Source: Acidobacteriota bacterium (GTDB lineage Bacteria > Acidobacteriota > UBA890 > WLXD01). Taken from it: DNA of 64,000 bases. The notes under the pieces were generated by a model. That model did no database searches, was not told the DNA's origin, and saw only the letters and a list, made by a program, of their open reading frames with translations. Positions 41,521 to 51,185 of this stretch are shown piece after piece (within the stretch, counting starts at the first letter, position 1; every line of letters begins with the position of its first letter). The stretch is taken from positions 928,001-992,000 of the forward strand of contig CAXWPL010000005.1 of the NCBI GenBank assembly GCA_963666215.2. The letters run 5' to 3'. Both the position numbers and the translations under genes were made by a program.

Positions 41521-43977
41521 CTACTGGCCCGAAGCGTCGGCGCCCGCGGATGAGGTCTGGCGCTTGCGCACCACGAACAGGCCCTCGCGTCCCGACGTCA
41601 CCACCAGGAAGTCGTCGAAGAACGGGTAGTTGCTCCACGAGCCACCCCCCATGCCGGCGCCGTCTTCGCCCCACGGGACCGTGTCGAGGTAGCCGGCCGG
41701 CGCGATGTTCTCCGGGTCCGACACATCGAAGATCCGCAGGCCGGAGTCGTAGTTCGACTGGTACATCGTCGAACCATCGACGTAGAGGTTGTGGTCGACG
41801 GCCTTGTTGTCGGCGACGTACTCGCCAACCATGATCGGATCCTCGAGGTCACGAACATCCCAGATGAGGGTGCGCGTTCCCTCGACGAGGCCTTGAGCTT
41901 CATCACCCTCGTCGTTCATATAGAAGTAGCTGTGGTCCTCGGTCAGCCATCCCTGGTGGGTGTAGGCAACGTTGGGATACGTCGACATGCCCACCGGTAC
42001 CGGGTTGCGCTTGTCGGTGACGTCGGCAATCGAAAGCGCCGTCTCGTTCGACCCGAAGCACAGCTCGTGGCCGCTGTAGCGCTCGTCGGGTCCCGTATAG
42101 GTCACGCACTGCGCGTCGTGCGAATACCCGGTGCCGCGGCGACCGGTACGAACATCGGCGAAACAGCCGGCGAAGATCGGCTGCTGCGGATCCTCGATGT
42201 TGATCATGTGGAGCCCGCCGCCACAGGTCTCGCCGCCACCGCTGGCGCCGACGACGAAGGCGAATGCCGACTCCTCGTTGATGACGATGTTGTGAGCGCT
42301 GTTGATCTGGTCGTAGTGCGCGTCTTCTGTGAGCACCATGGGTGTGCCGTCAAACTCGCGCAGCCGTCGGAGGTCGAACACCTGCACGCCATGAACGCCC
42401 GCGCCGTCGGAGACGATGAAGGCGTGGTCGGCGTGAACCTTGATGTCGCGCCACACACTCGAGTTGGCGCCATCGGTCATCTCTAGCGTGCCGATGAAGA
42501 CCGGGTTGAGCGGATCGGTGACCTCAACGAACGAGGCGCGATCGGTCATCCCGACAAGCGCGTAATCGCGGCCGCTCTCCGGATCGGTCCACCCCCAGAT
42601 GTCGTTGGTGCGCACGCCGCGCGGGCCGCCCATCTCGTTGACGGGCATGAACGACAGCAACTCGACGTCCTCGCACGGGAAGCGGCCGATGCGCCCGTCG
42701 GTGCAGGTAACCGAGGCACCAGCAATGGCTTCCAGGCCGCGATACTCACTGACCACCCGAGCTCGATCCCAGCTGTCGTACACGCGCGTCATGATGACCG
42801 CCGATCCGGCGCCGAAGTCGGCGCCAGGGACACCGGCCACGATGAGCCCGTCGGCAACCGCCATCGAACCCGAGAAGCGCGCACGGCGGGACAGACCGGC
42901 GGCGCCGAGCTTGCGCATCGAGCGCACATTGTCGTCGTCGTCGAGTTCGAACTGGTAGATGGCGCCACGCCCGTCATCGGTGCTGGGAGCCGCAACGTAC
43001 AGCTCACGGCCGACCCTCGCGATGCTGCTGCCGAAGCCGAAGTCGGCGCCCTCGACGGGGAACAGGCTCGCGCCGCGAACCCACTCGCCCGAATCGTCGA
43101 GCGCAAAGCGGCGCACCGCGCCGAGCTCACCACCACGTGGCGACGGAGCACCGACGGCGGCGAAATCCGCCGTCAGCAGAATCGCCGACCCGAGACCATC
43201 GCCCGGTCGCGAGAAATCGTCGCCGAACTTCGCGACACGCTCCCAGCCGTCGCTGCCGCGCTTGAACACGTAGAGCAGCCCGGCCCGCCGGTTGGCGTCG
43301 GGCGCGCCAACCATCAGCCAGTCGCCGTTGATGGCGACCGCCGCACCGAAGCGTTCCGGCTGCGGGGGCTGTGGGGCTTCCCCGTCGCCGTCGTCACCCT
43401 CGGCCGCTTCGTCGCCCTCCTCCGCTTCGGGCTCGGGCTCGGGCTCGGGCTCGGGCCGGTCGCCCATCAGCGTCGCCGACATCGTCCACTCCTCGCCGGA
43501 GCGTGTGTAGACGTAGGCTTTGCCCCAGTTGTCGTCCGCCGAGGTGGCGCCGATCACGCTCGTGTTGCCGGCGATGGCAGTAGCGCCGAAGCGGACCCCT
43601 TCCTCGCTCGGAGAAAAGGTCCCAGCGGGGACCCACGTTCCGCCGTCGCGACGGAAGGCGTGGACCACGCCGTACGCACGCGTCGCGGCGGTTACCAGCA
43701 TCAGGTCGCCGTCGAGCGCGATCCGCGCGCCGAACCCGTCAGCCTCCATGGCGTCGGGAGCCTCGAGGCGTCCGACCTCCACCCAACCACCACGGCCTGT
43801 GCGGTAGATGTAGACGAAGCCCGGATCGACGGTGTTGCCCGACTCGCCGACGTAGACCTCGCCGTCGCCGATCGCGACCGACGAGGCGTATCCGCCTTGG
43901 GCGTACGCGGGAGTTGAAACAAGAGCGAGCACGGCAAGCGCACTCAGGGCTACGAGGGACGACTGGAACCTTTTCAT
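41521..43977 (-). CDS. Choice-of-anchor B family protein with N-terminal FG-GAP repeats
   Basis: Signal peptide MKRFQ..AYA-Q; GAP repeats; NDIWGWTD, WRDIKV, HDAQC, YTHQGW, DHNLY, WSNYPFF. Confidence 0.85.
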   Translation of the reverse strand: MKRFQSSLVALSALAVLALVSTPAYAQGGYASSVAIGDGEVYVGESGNTVDPGFVYIYRTGRGGWVEVGRLEAPDAMEADGFGARIALDGDLMLVTAATRAYGVVHAFRRDGGTWVPAGTFSPSEEGVRFGATAIAGNTSVIGATSADDNWGKAYVYTRSGEEWTMSATLMGDRPEPEPEPEPEAEEGDEAAEGDDGDGEAPQPPQPERFGAAVAINGDWLMVGAPDANRRAGLLYVFKRGSDGWERVAKFGDDFSRPGDGLGSAILLTADFAAVGAPSPRGGELGAVRRFALDDSGEWVRGASLFPVEGADFGFGSSIARVGRELYVAAPSTDDGRGAIYQFELDDDDNVRSMRKLGAAGLSRRARFSGSMAVADGLIVAGVPGADFGAGSAVIMTRVYDSWDRARVVSEYRGLEAIAGASVTCTDGRIGRFPCEDVELLSFMPVNEMGGPRGVRTNDIWGWTDPESGRDYALVGMTDRASFVEVTDPLNPVFIGTLEMTDGANSSVWRDIKVHADHAFIVSDGAGVHGVQVFDLRRLREFDGTPMVLTEDAHYDQINSAHNIVINEESAFAFVVGASGGGETCGGGLHMINIEDPQQPIFAGCFADVRTGRRGTGYSHDAQCVTYTGPDERYSGHELCFGSNETALSIADVTDKRNPVPVGMSTYPNVAYTHQGWLTEDHSYFYMNDEGDEAQGLVEGTRTLIWDVRDLEDPIMVGEYVADNKAVDHNLYVDGSTMYQSNYDSGLRIFDVSDPENIAPAGYLDTVPWGEDGAGMGGGSWSNYPFFDDFLVVTSGREGLFVVRKRQTSSAGADASGQ
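43427..43456. repeat. 6-bp tandem repeat (TCGGGC) x5
   Basis: Read directly; encodes (PE)n on the minus strand. Confidence 0.9.
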
Positions 43978-44108
43978 GGAGACCTCGTGGGATGTGGCTC
44001 GTCTGCGCAGAGTCGGCGCGAGCCCCCCGGGGGAAAGGAATTGCGAACTCAACGCAGAGATTCTAGGAGAACGGGCCGCCAATCAAGCTCGCCGCGAAAG
44101 GCTATCTC

Positions 44109-45377
44109 CTACTCGACAGCCCCCACCGCGGAAACGATGCGCGAGACGAACAGCCCCGGCAGGTTGGGCGACGGGCTTTCGTCGAAGATATTCCAGGCGT
44201 TGAAGACGCCAACGAGATCGTACTCGGGAGCCACCAGAACGTACTGACCACCATAGCCCATGCCGCCGTACACGAACGGGCGACCCGCCAACCCGTCGCT
44301 GATGATCCACCACTGGAAGCCGTAGCCCAGGGTGCTGTTCGGGTTGCGCGGCGAGGTGTCGGACACCCAGGCCCGCACCGAGCGCTCCACCCAACGCTCC
44401 GGGAGGATTCGCTGCCCCGCCCATACGCCGTCGTGCAGATAGCGGTAGCCGATCTTTGCGAGGTCGCGCGGCTTCAGGTACAGACCACCCTCGGTGTCGG
44501 GAAGGCCTTTGGGCGTCTTCTTCCAGTGGTACTCGGTGATACCGAGAGGGCCGAACAGATAGCGCTCGGCGTACTCATCGATCGTCTCACCGGTGGCCTC
44601 CTTGATGATCGCCGAAAGTAGATGACTGTTGCCGCTGTTGTAGACGAACGTGGAGCCCGGCTGAGTGGCCATCGGCTTGTCGAGGACGAACTGAACCCAG
44701 TCGTCGGACTTCTCGAGCTGCGCACAATCGTTGCGTGTGCTGGTGTAGGGAGCGCTCCACTCATCCCACGCGAAGCCGGCACGCATGGTCAGCATGTCGT
44801 GCAACGTCATCGACGACTTGCGGCCGTCGGGATTCTCGAACTGGCGCTCGAAGAAGAACGACATCGCGTGCACGTCGGTGCTCTCGATCTCGCCGCGGGC
44901 GATGGCGATGCCGATGAGGGCTGACGTCACGCTTTTGGTAACCGACTGCAAGGTATGCAGGTCGCTGCCCTTGAGGTAGGGGTGCCAGTCGGGGTGATAG
45001 TAGTTGTACTGATGGCGCGAGCGATCGGTGTCGGCGCTGATCTGCTCGTAGTTGAGCTCATAGAGGTGGTCGGCAACCACCCGGCCACGGCGAATAACCA
45101 GCATCGCGTCCACGTTGCCGTGGTCGCCGGCGCGGAACTCGGCGTCGAGCTGCTCGAGGGCTGCCGCGTTGATACCCATCTCCGAGGGCGACGCCACCGG
45201 CCAGCCAGTGGTCGGCCACACCAAGGTGCCGCCCTCCTGTGCCGACGCCGGTCCGAGCGGCGCTGAAAGAGTGAGCACGAATGCAAGTTCGAGCGCGAAC
45301 TTCGCCGCCTGTCTGAGGGCACGGTGGCCGCGATGCTCGCGACGCCCAGACGACCAGCGAGTGTTGATCTTCGTCAT
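44109..45377 (-). CDS. Secreted serine hydrolase (beta-lactamase family)
   Basis: QSVTKS (SxxK), YNSG, LFGPLGI, PRDLAKIG, GYGGQ. Start is approximate. Confidence 0.85.
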   Translation of the reverse strand: MTKINTRWSSGRREHRGHRALRQAAKFALELAFVLTLSAPLGPASAQEGGTLVWPTTGWPVASPSEMGINAAALEQLDAEFRAGDHGNVDAMLVIRRGRVVADHLYELNYEQISADTDRSRHQYNYYHPDWHPYLKGSDLHTLQSVTKSVTSALIGIAIARGEIESTDVHAMSFFFERQFENPDGRKSSMTLHDMLTMRAGFAWDEWSAPYTSTRNDCAQLEKSDDWVQFVLDKPMATQPGSTFVYNSGNSHLLSAIIKEATGETIDEYAERYLFGPLGITEYHWKKTPKGLPDTEGGLYLKPRDLAKIGYRYLHDGVWAGQRILPERWVERSVRAWVSDTSPRNPNSTLGYGFQWWIISDGLAGRPFVYGGMGYGGQYVLVAPEYDLVGVFNAWNIFDESPSPNLPGLFVSRIVSAVGAVE

Positions 45378-45384
45378 GGCTGAA

Positions 45385-46848
45385 TCAGGCCTCCACGATT
45401 TCGAGCGGTGGGTACTCGCGCCAACGTCCACGCGTGAAGTCGGGGAAGGCTACAGGGTCGCTGCCGGCGGCGACCGAGCGCTCCGACAGCTCCGTCACGG
45501 CGCTCAGGGCAACCGCGTCGTAGACGTCCATGTCGAGCGCAAGGCCCTGTCGTAGGCAATGGATCATCCGCCAATCCTCAACAAAGTCCATGCCGCCGTG
45601 ACCGGCGCCCGTCGACTCGTCGTGCAGCGCCGCCCACAGCGGATGCTCGAATTCGTCGAAATAACCCGCCGCCTCGGTCCAGCTGTGCGGCTCGCCTCGC
45701 CCCTCGATGTAGACCCGATCGGGGTAGCCCTGGAAGATACCGCGCGTTCCCTGGATCTGGTTGATGCGGCTGTACGGCCGCGGCAGGTTGGTGTCGTGGC
45801 CGACGTAGATCGTGTAACCCAGCGCGGTCTTGATCAGCGAGCCGTTGACGTCGCCAAGCACATAGCTTTCCTGCCGCTTGGCATGCCCTTCCGGATAGTG
45901 TGTTGCCGCCCATTCCTGCAGGCCGCGAGACGGACTCGACATCGAAACCAGGTGGTCGAAACGATCACCGCGGTTGATGTTCATGCACTGAGCTACCGGT
46001 CCAAGCCCGTGGGTGGGGTACAGGTTGCCGTCGCGCTCCTTGGCGTGCTCTCGTCGCCACAGCCCTTCGCCGGTGTCGGCGAACTTGATCTCGCGGAGAT
46101 CATGCAGATATCCGCATTCGGCGTGGACGATCTCGCCAAGCAGCCCGCGGCGCACCAAGTTCAGCGCCAGCAGCTCGGAGCGCCCGTAGCAGACGTTTTC
46201 CATCATCACGCAGTGCAGCGCGTGCTTCTCGGCGTTCTCGACGAGCTGCCAGCAGTCTTCAATTGAGATCGCGGCTGGCACTTCGGTAGCCGCATGTTTG
46301 CCGTTGGTCATGGCGGCAACACACACGGGAACATGCCAGCGCCATGGAGTGGCGGTGTAGACAAGATCGAGGTCCTCGTTCTCGCAAAGACGTACGAAAT
46401 CCGTTTCGCCAGCCGTGTACAGCGTCGGACGCGGCGACCCCGCTTCCTCGAGGAGAGTCGCCGCGCGCTCGGCGTGGGCCGGCTCGATGTCACAAATAGC
46501 GGTAACGCGACAGCCGTCGATGCGGCTCAGGTTGCGGATGTGCGCGGTGCCCATGCCTCCCACGCCCACGAAGCCAATCCGCACCTCATCAATCGGGTCG
46601 GCGGCCAGACGCGCCGCAGGTGCTGGACCCAGCTCGGCTCCACGGTCAACAACCGCGGCCGGGAAGCGCTCGCTGAGGCCGGTCGCAGCCGCGCCAGATC
46701 GTGCCCTCGAAGCGGGCGGTGCGCCCGGAGTACGGCAACCGGTCGTACCCGCGGCCACGACACCGGTAACCCCGGCGACCCCGATCTTGAGCAGATCTCG
46801 GCGCGACGTACCACCCTCTGGACTTGCTGGCGTTCGACCTTGGCTCAT
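45385..46848 (-). CDS. Tat-exported Gfo/Idh/MocA oxidoreductase, GH109 alpha-N-acetylgalactosaminidase-like
   Basis: SRRDLLK Tat motif; GVGGMG, ATPWRWH, EVPA, MMENVCY, YPTHGLGP, PRPYSR, GHGGMD. True start ATG 46848; the ORF track extends too far upstream. Confidence 0.85.
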   Translation of the reverse strand: MSQGRTPASPEGGTSRRDLLKIGVAGVTGVVAAGTTGCRTPGAPPASRARSGAAATGLSERFPAAVVDRGAELGPAPAARLAADPIDEVRIGFVGVGGMGTAHIRNLSRIDGCRVTAICDIEPAHAERAATLLEEAGSPRPTLYTAGETDFVRLCENEDLDLVYTATPWRWHVPVCVAAMTNGKHAATEVPAAISIEDCWQLVENAEKHALHCVMMENVCYGRSELLALNLVRRGLLGEIVHAECGYLHDLREIKFADTGEGLWRREHAKERDGNLYPTHGLGPVAQCMNINRGDRFDHLVSMSSPSRGLQEWAATHYPEGHAKRQESYVLGDVNGSLIKTALGYTIYVGHDTNLPRPYSRINQIQGTRGIFQGYPDRVYIEGRGEPHSWTEAAGYFDEFEHPLWAALHDESTGAGHGGMDFVEDWRMIHCLRQGLALDMDVYDAVALSAVTELSERSVAAGSDPVAFPDFTRGRWREYPPLEIVEA

Positions 46849-46988
46849 CGCTTCCCCTCGAAGTGGGTCGTTGGAACTTTTCAATATCTGAGGCCGCCGG
46901 TAGGCACGCGGTCGAGGTCTCCCGACCGGCGCGGTCCAGAGCCCCATGGGCCGCTGTGGGTGGACGCATTCCACTACGATTCGGCTCC

Positions 46989-47828
46989 ATGAGCCAGACT
47001 TCATGCCCCAGATCGCATGAACCCGATCGCGTAAAACCGATCCCGGGCACCAGCAAGCTAAGGGTCTTCGTCGGCGACGTCCAGGGCTGCGCCGACGAGC
47101 TCGAAGACCTGCTGGCTGCAATCCCGTTTGATTCCGATCGGCACGAGCTGTGGTTCGCGGGCGACATCGTGAATCGCGGTCCGGATTCGCTCGCGGCGCT
47201 GCGCAGGGTAGTGGCTCTGGGAGCCGGCGCCGTGATCGGCAACCACGATCTGCACCTCCTTGCGATCGCCGAAGGAGTGCGTCGCCTGCGGGCCGGCGAC
47301 ACGCTCGAAGAGCTTCTGGCTGCCGGCGACAAGCCAGAGCTCCTGAAGTGGCTCCGAGCCAGGCCTCTACGCGTGACATGGAGCGACATCGTGCTCGTGC
47401 ACGCCGGGCTGCACCCGAGCTGGAAACCACCACAGCCGGAGCGTCGACAGGCCGGAGATGAGGCGCCGCCTCTTCCGATCGAGACCCGCGTCGCCTGGTT
47501 GGGCGATCCGTACACCAACCCCGAAGTGCGCTTCGCAACGACCGTGCGCCACTGCGACGCCTACGGGAAGCAACCCGAAAGAGGAGACAGCCCGTCATCC
47601 CCCGGGTCCAAGTTGCCAGGGCGGTTTCGACGGTGGGACGAGCTCTACGGTGGCGATCACACCGTTGTATTCGGCCACTGGGCAGCGCGTGGCCTGGTGA
47701 AGGCGTCACGCTTGCGAGGGCTCGACACCGGGTGCGTATGGGGCGGCGAGCTCACCGCCTGGATCGCGGAGGAGGACCGCTTCGTGTCGGTGCCGGCGCG
47801 ACGCGCCTACGCCTCACCCGACGGCTGA
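46989..47828 (+). CDS. apaH: Symmetrical bis(5'-nucleosyl)-tetraphosphatase
   Basis: GDVQGC, GDIVNRGPDS, GNHDLHLL, VHAG, FGHWAA, LDTGCVWGG.LTA. Confidence 0.9.
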   Translation: MSQTSCPRSHEPDRVKPIPGTSKLRVFVGDVQGCADELEDLLAAIPFDSDRHELWFAGDIVNRGPDSLAALRRVVALGAGAVIGNHDLHLLAIAEGVRRLRAGDTLEELLAAGDKPELLKWLRARPLRVTWSDIVLVHAGLHPSWKPPQPERRQAGDEAPPLPIETRVAWLGDPYTNPEVRFATTVRHCDAYGKQPERGDSPSSPGSKLPGRFRRWDELYGGDHTVVFGHWAARGLVKASRLRGLDTGCVWGGELTAWIAEEDRFVSVPARRAYASPDG

Positions 47829-48802
47829 CCGTCGCGCTGGCGTACCGCCTCGCCACCGTCAATACCCTGTGCCAGCCACGGCCCGGCGGCACTGGGCTCG
47901 AAGCCACGGCGAAAGTAACTCGCGGCCAAGACCGCCTCACTCACACCGGCTTGAATCCACGACACAGCGGTCGACACGTCGGCTCCGAAAGCCACCCACT
48001 GCCCGGCATCGTACGGCGACAGGCCGGCCTCCTCCCAGCCGACGGATTCGGCCACCGGTACACCAGCGTCGGCATAGTCGAACCGACCCGTGTACATGCT
48101 GACGACGTGTCGAACATCCAGCAGCCGAGCGCGGATCAGCTCAGGCGCAAGCAGCGATTCATCCCAGAGCTCCTCCACGACGTCGTCGCACGACCTGGCC
48201 GACGCTCCGGCGAGGCACTCGAAGATCTGCCGCGACAGCAGCGCCGCCGCCGCCGCACGCTCGACTAGTGGACGGTGCCGCTCAGCAACATCCGACTCGT
48301 TCATGACTGTCCCCCAACTGACGCACCCACGCAGGTGGTGCTCGCTGGCGCTCCTGATCTCGCAGAGTGCAGCCGCTCGCAGGTTACGCGCGTGCCGATC
48401 GCGGCGCAGCTCGTCGACACCTTGGTGGGCCTGCAGCTGCGAACACAGCGATCGCGCGCGGAGCTCGTAGACGTGGAGCAGGCTCTGGGCAGCGGTGGCA
48501 TCGGAGTTCAAGGCCGGCTTTTCGGCCAGGCGGAACAGCGGCCGGCGCTCGAGGAAACGAGTCCACCACAGATTGATTCGCCGAATGACCGCCACCGAAT
48601 CGCGCACATGAGTGTCGGGATCGGCGGCTCCACGTAGCCAGCCGAGCGCGGAGTTGAACACGTAGCGCCCCTGATAGACCGACAACAGCATGTTGATGAA
48701 CGCGTGCGAAACCTGCAGATCGCGCCGCAACGACGGCGAGACCGCAGGCCAAGACGGCCTGTTGCTCGTCGGCTCGGCGGCCACCGTGGGCTGTAGGATC
48801 AC
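47807..48802 (-). CDS. Hypothetical protein with C-terminal 13-aa Trp/Gly repeats
   Basis: Only long ORF here with non-shadow composition; repeats of the form W-x2-A-G-h-x-P-x2-A-x2. Start uncertain. Confidence 0.6.
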   Translation of the reverse strand: MILQPTVAAEPTSNRPSWPAVSPSLRRDLQVSHAFINMLLSVYQGRYVFNSALGWLRGAADPDTHVRDSVAVIRRINLWWTRFLERRPLFRLAEKPALNSDATAAQSLLHVYELRARSLCSQLQAHQGVDELRRDRHARNLRAAALCEIRSASEHHLRGCVSWGTVMNESDVAERHRPLVERAAAAALLSRQIFECLAGASARSCDDVVEELWDESLLAPELIRARLLDVRHVVSMYTGRFDYADAGVPVAESVGWEEAGLSPYDAGQWVAFGADVSTAVSWIQAGVSEAVLAASYFRRGFEPSAAGPWLAQGIDGGEAVRQRDGQPSGEA

Positions 48803-48837
48803 GCTCGATCTCCGCGTTCTTGTGGTCGTTCAGAGAC

Positions 48838-48892
48838 TGTTAATACTATCAAAAGATATTAAAAGATAGTATAGGATATCCACAAATATCAG
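48838..48892. promoter_or_regulatory. AT-rich divergent promoter/operator region
   Basis: ATACTATC (48843-48850)...GATAGTAT (48865-48872) inverted repeat; AAAAGATA twice at 10-bp spacing; TATACT on the minus strand at 48868-48873. Confidence 0.6.
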
Positions 48893-48981
48893 GACGCAGT
48901 CCATCGACCTCGAAGTGCGTCGCCGTGGCGTGACGGCCTTCAGTTGGATAAAGTCGGGTAACTCTGAGGAGGCTCCCCACC

Positions 48982-50501
48982 ATGAAACGGTCCCGCTCGC
49001 TCGTGTCCAAACCGCTCCCCCTGCTGCTCCGCTCGCTGCGCCCCCCGAGAAGCTTCGCCCGCGCCGCTGGCACACACTCGGCGTTGTCGCCCGCTTCGAC
49101 GCCGTCCGTGGCGCCATGTACGAGTCGGGGCTACTCGTCCCCGGACTCGTCCTGGGCGACATCGCGGCAGTCGCGCGTGCGGCCATGGCAAAGGGAAAGT
49201 GGCAGGACAGCGTCGGGCAAGAGCAAGTTCTCACCGAGGCGCTGAGCGCCCAGTTGGAGGATCTGCTGGGCGCCGACAGGTGGACCAGCTTCGCCGCAAT
49301 CGGGCCGCTGTGGTATCGCGGACTCGCAAGGCTGCCCGACACCTCTCTGGCAATCTACCTCGAGGGCGTCGACGAGATCCGCGGCGGGGTGCGCTTCGTC
49401 ACGGCCCACTCGGTACTACCCGAGCACCGCGTAAAGTCCCGCCTGGGTGGACGCTCGTTTCTGATCGATACGGGCATGCTGGCCGCTTTCTATCAGGGAC
49501 AGCCGTCGGCACTCGAGATCGTCGACGGCACCGTCACCGCGATCTACGTCGGCGAGCGCGAGGTGCTCGTCGGTGGACCCGCGGCTCTGACCAACGATCC
49601 CCATGCCCCGGTGATGAGCGCGCCGGAGCCGTTCCTCGGCACCTCCCTGCCCTCGAGCTGGCCCGCCGGTCTCGCCCCGCAGGCTGCTCCCGCGACAGCT
49701 GCTCAGAGCTCGTCGGCTCTGTCGTGGCCAGGCATCGACGGCAAGCCACTGCCGTTCAGCACCTACGCCGAGCTCGAGGCATTTCTCGCCAGCGCGAAGA
49801 TCACCGACGATGAAAAGATCGAGGTTGGCGTAACAAAACCACGCAAGGTGGCTCTCGAGCACAACGGCGTGCGGGCCAACGCCATATTCCGCGACATCGA
49901 CGACACCCAGCGCCGCGTACGCCTGTCGTCAGGCGAATTCACGATGGAGCTGCGCGACAACTACGCGTTCGAGTGTGCTGCCTACGAGTTGGCCCGGGCA
50001 CTGTCGCTCGAAGTGGTGCCGCCAGCAGTGTTGCGCAGTCAGGGCAGCAAGCGAGGCTCGATACAGATCTGGGTCGAGAACGCCTTCATGGAACAAGACC
50101 GGTTGCGCGACGGTCGTCGACCGCCAGGAGCGATGCGCTTTCGCCGCCAGGTGCAAACAATGAAGGCATTCGACTTCCTTATCGCCAACGACGACCGCAA
50201 CGCCGGCAACATCCTCTACGATGCCGACTGGCGGATGTGGCTCATCGATCACACGCGGGCCTTCCAGCGCGACCTCGCCAAGACCAACGTTGTTGAGGGA
50301 ATCACGATAATCGAAGCCCCGCTCTGGGAAGCCTTGCAGAGCTGGGATGCGGCGGCAATCGAGCTGCTGCTCGACCCGTACCTCGATGGCAGACAGATTG
50401 AGGCCGTCAACGAACGCCGCGACGCACTGGTGACCCGCCTGCAAACACTGATTGAACAGCGCGGCGTGGGCGCCGTGGTGATGGTAGCCGGAACCGACTG
50501 A
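48982..50501 (+). pseudogene. Shelph-like metallophosphatase C-terminal half fused to a PI3/PI4K-HipA-like kinase domain; 5' part deleted
   Basis: GPLWYRG, TAHS, LIDTGM..FYQG..SALEI (Shelph C-terminus); FECAAYEL, GSIQIW, FDFLIANDDRNAGNIL, WLIDHTRAF (kinase). ATG 48982 with GAGGAGG RBS is out of frame with the main ORF. Confidence 0.65.
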
Positions 50502-50546
50502 CCCGCCAGCAGGGTCAACCGACGACGCTTTCGAGGGAGGCTTATC

Positions 50547-51176
50547 TTGCAGTTCGACGTTCTGTCGTTCGGTGACAGCCAGCCGATGCCGGCCGAGCTG
50601 GCATTCTGCGTGCCCGACCCTGACAGCCGGATCGCGCTCGGGCCCAATCGCAGCCCGCACGTACGTTGGTCGGAGCTTCCCGATGGAACGCGCTCGCTGG
50701 CCCTGATCTGCCACGACCCCGACGTGCCGTCCGTGGGCGACGACGTCAACCAGCAGGGGCGGACGATCGCGGACGACCTGCCGCGCGTCGATTTCTACCA
50801 CTGGGTGCTGGTCGATATCCCGCTCAGCGTGAACGAGCTCCCGGAGGGCCTCGACTCGGATGGAGTGACGGCGCAGGGCAAGGCCCGTGGCCTCACGGAA
50901 TACGGCCTGCGCGGTATCAACGACTACACGAGCTGGTTTGCAGCCGATGTCGACATGTCGGGCGACTACGGCGGTTATGACGGCCCCTGTCCACCGTGGA
51001 ACGACGAGCGTCTGCACCACTACATCTTCACGCTCTACGCGCTCAGCGTACGAACGCTCGGTCTCGGCGGCAGCTTCGGCGGCTCAGACGCACTCGCCGC
51101 CATGCGCGACAACGTCCTCGACAAAGCCACGCACTGCGGCACCTACACGCTGAACCCGAGCCTGCGCGCCGGATAG
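50547..51176 (+). CDS. YbhB/YbcL (PEBP/Raf kinase inhibitor-like) protein
   Basis: NRSP, CHDPDVP, FYHW, GYDGPCPPWND..HHY.FTLYAL; GGGAGG RBS with TTG start. Confidence 0.9.
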   Translation: MQFDVLSFGDSQPMPAELAFCVPDPDSRIALGPNRSPHVRWSELPDGTRSLALICHDPDVPSVGDDVNQQGRTIADDLPRVDFYHWVLVDIPLSVNELPEGLDSDGVTAQGKARGLTEYGLRGINDYTSWFAADVDMSGDYGGYDGPCPPWNDERLHHYIFTLYALSVRTLGLGGSFGGSDALAAMRDNVLDKATHCGTYTLNPSLRAG

Positions 51177-51185
51177 CGAGCCGAG

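Noticed and set aside
45385-47709. 774-aa extended ORF for the GH109 gene
   Set aside because: The upstream part is the antisense of apaH; the Tat signal and RBS place the start at 46848.
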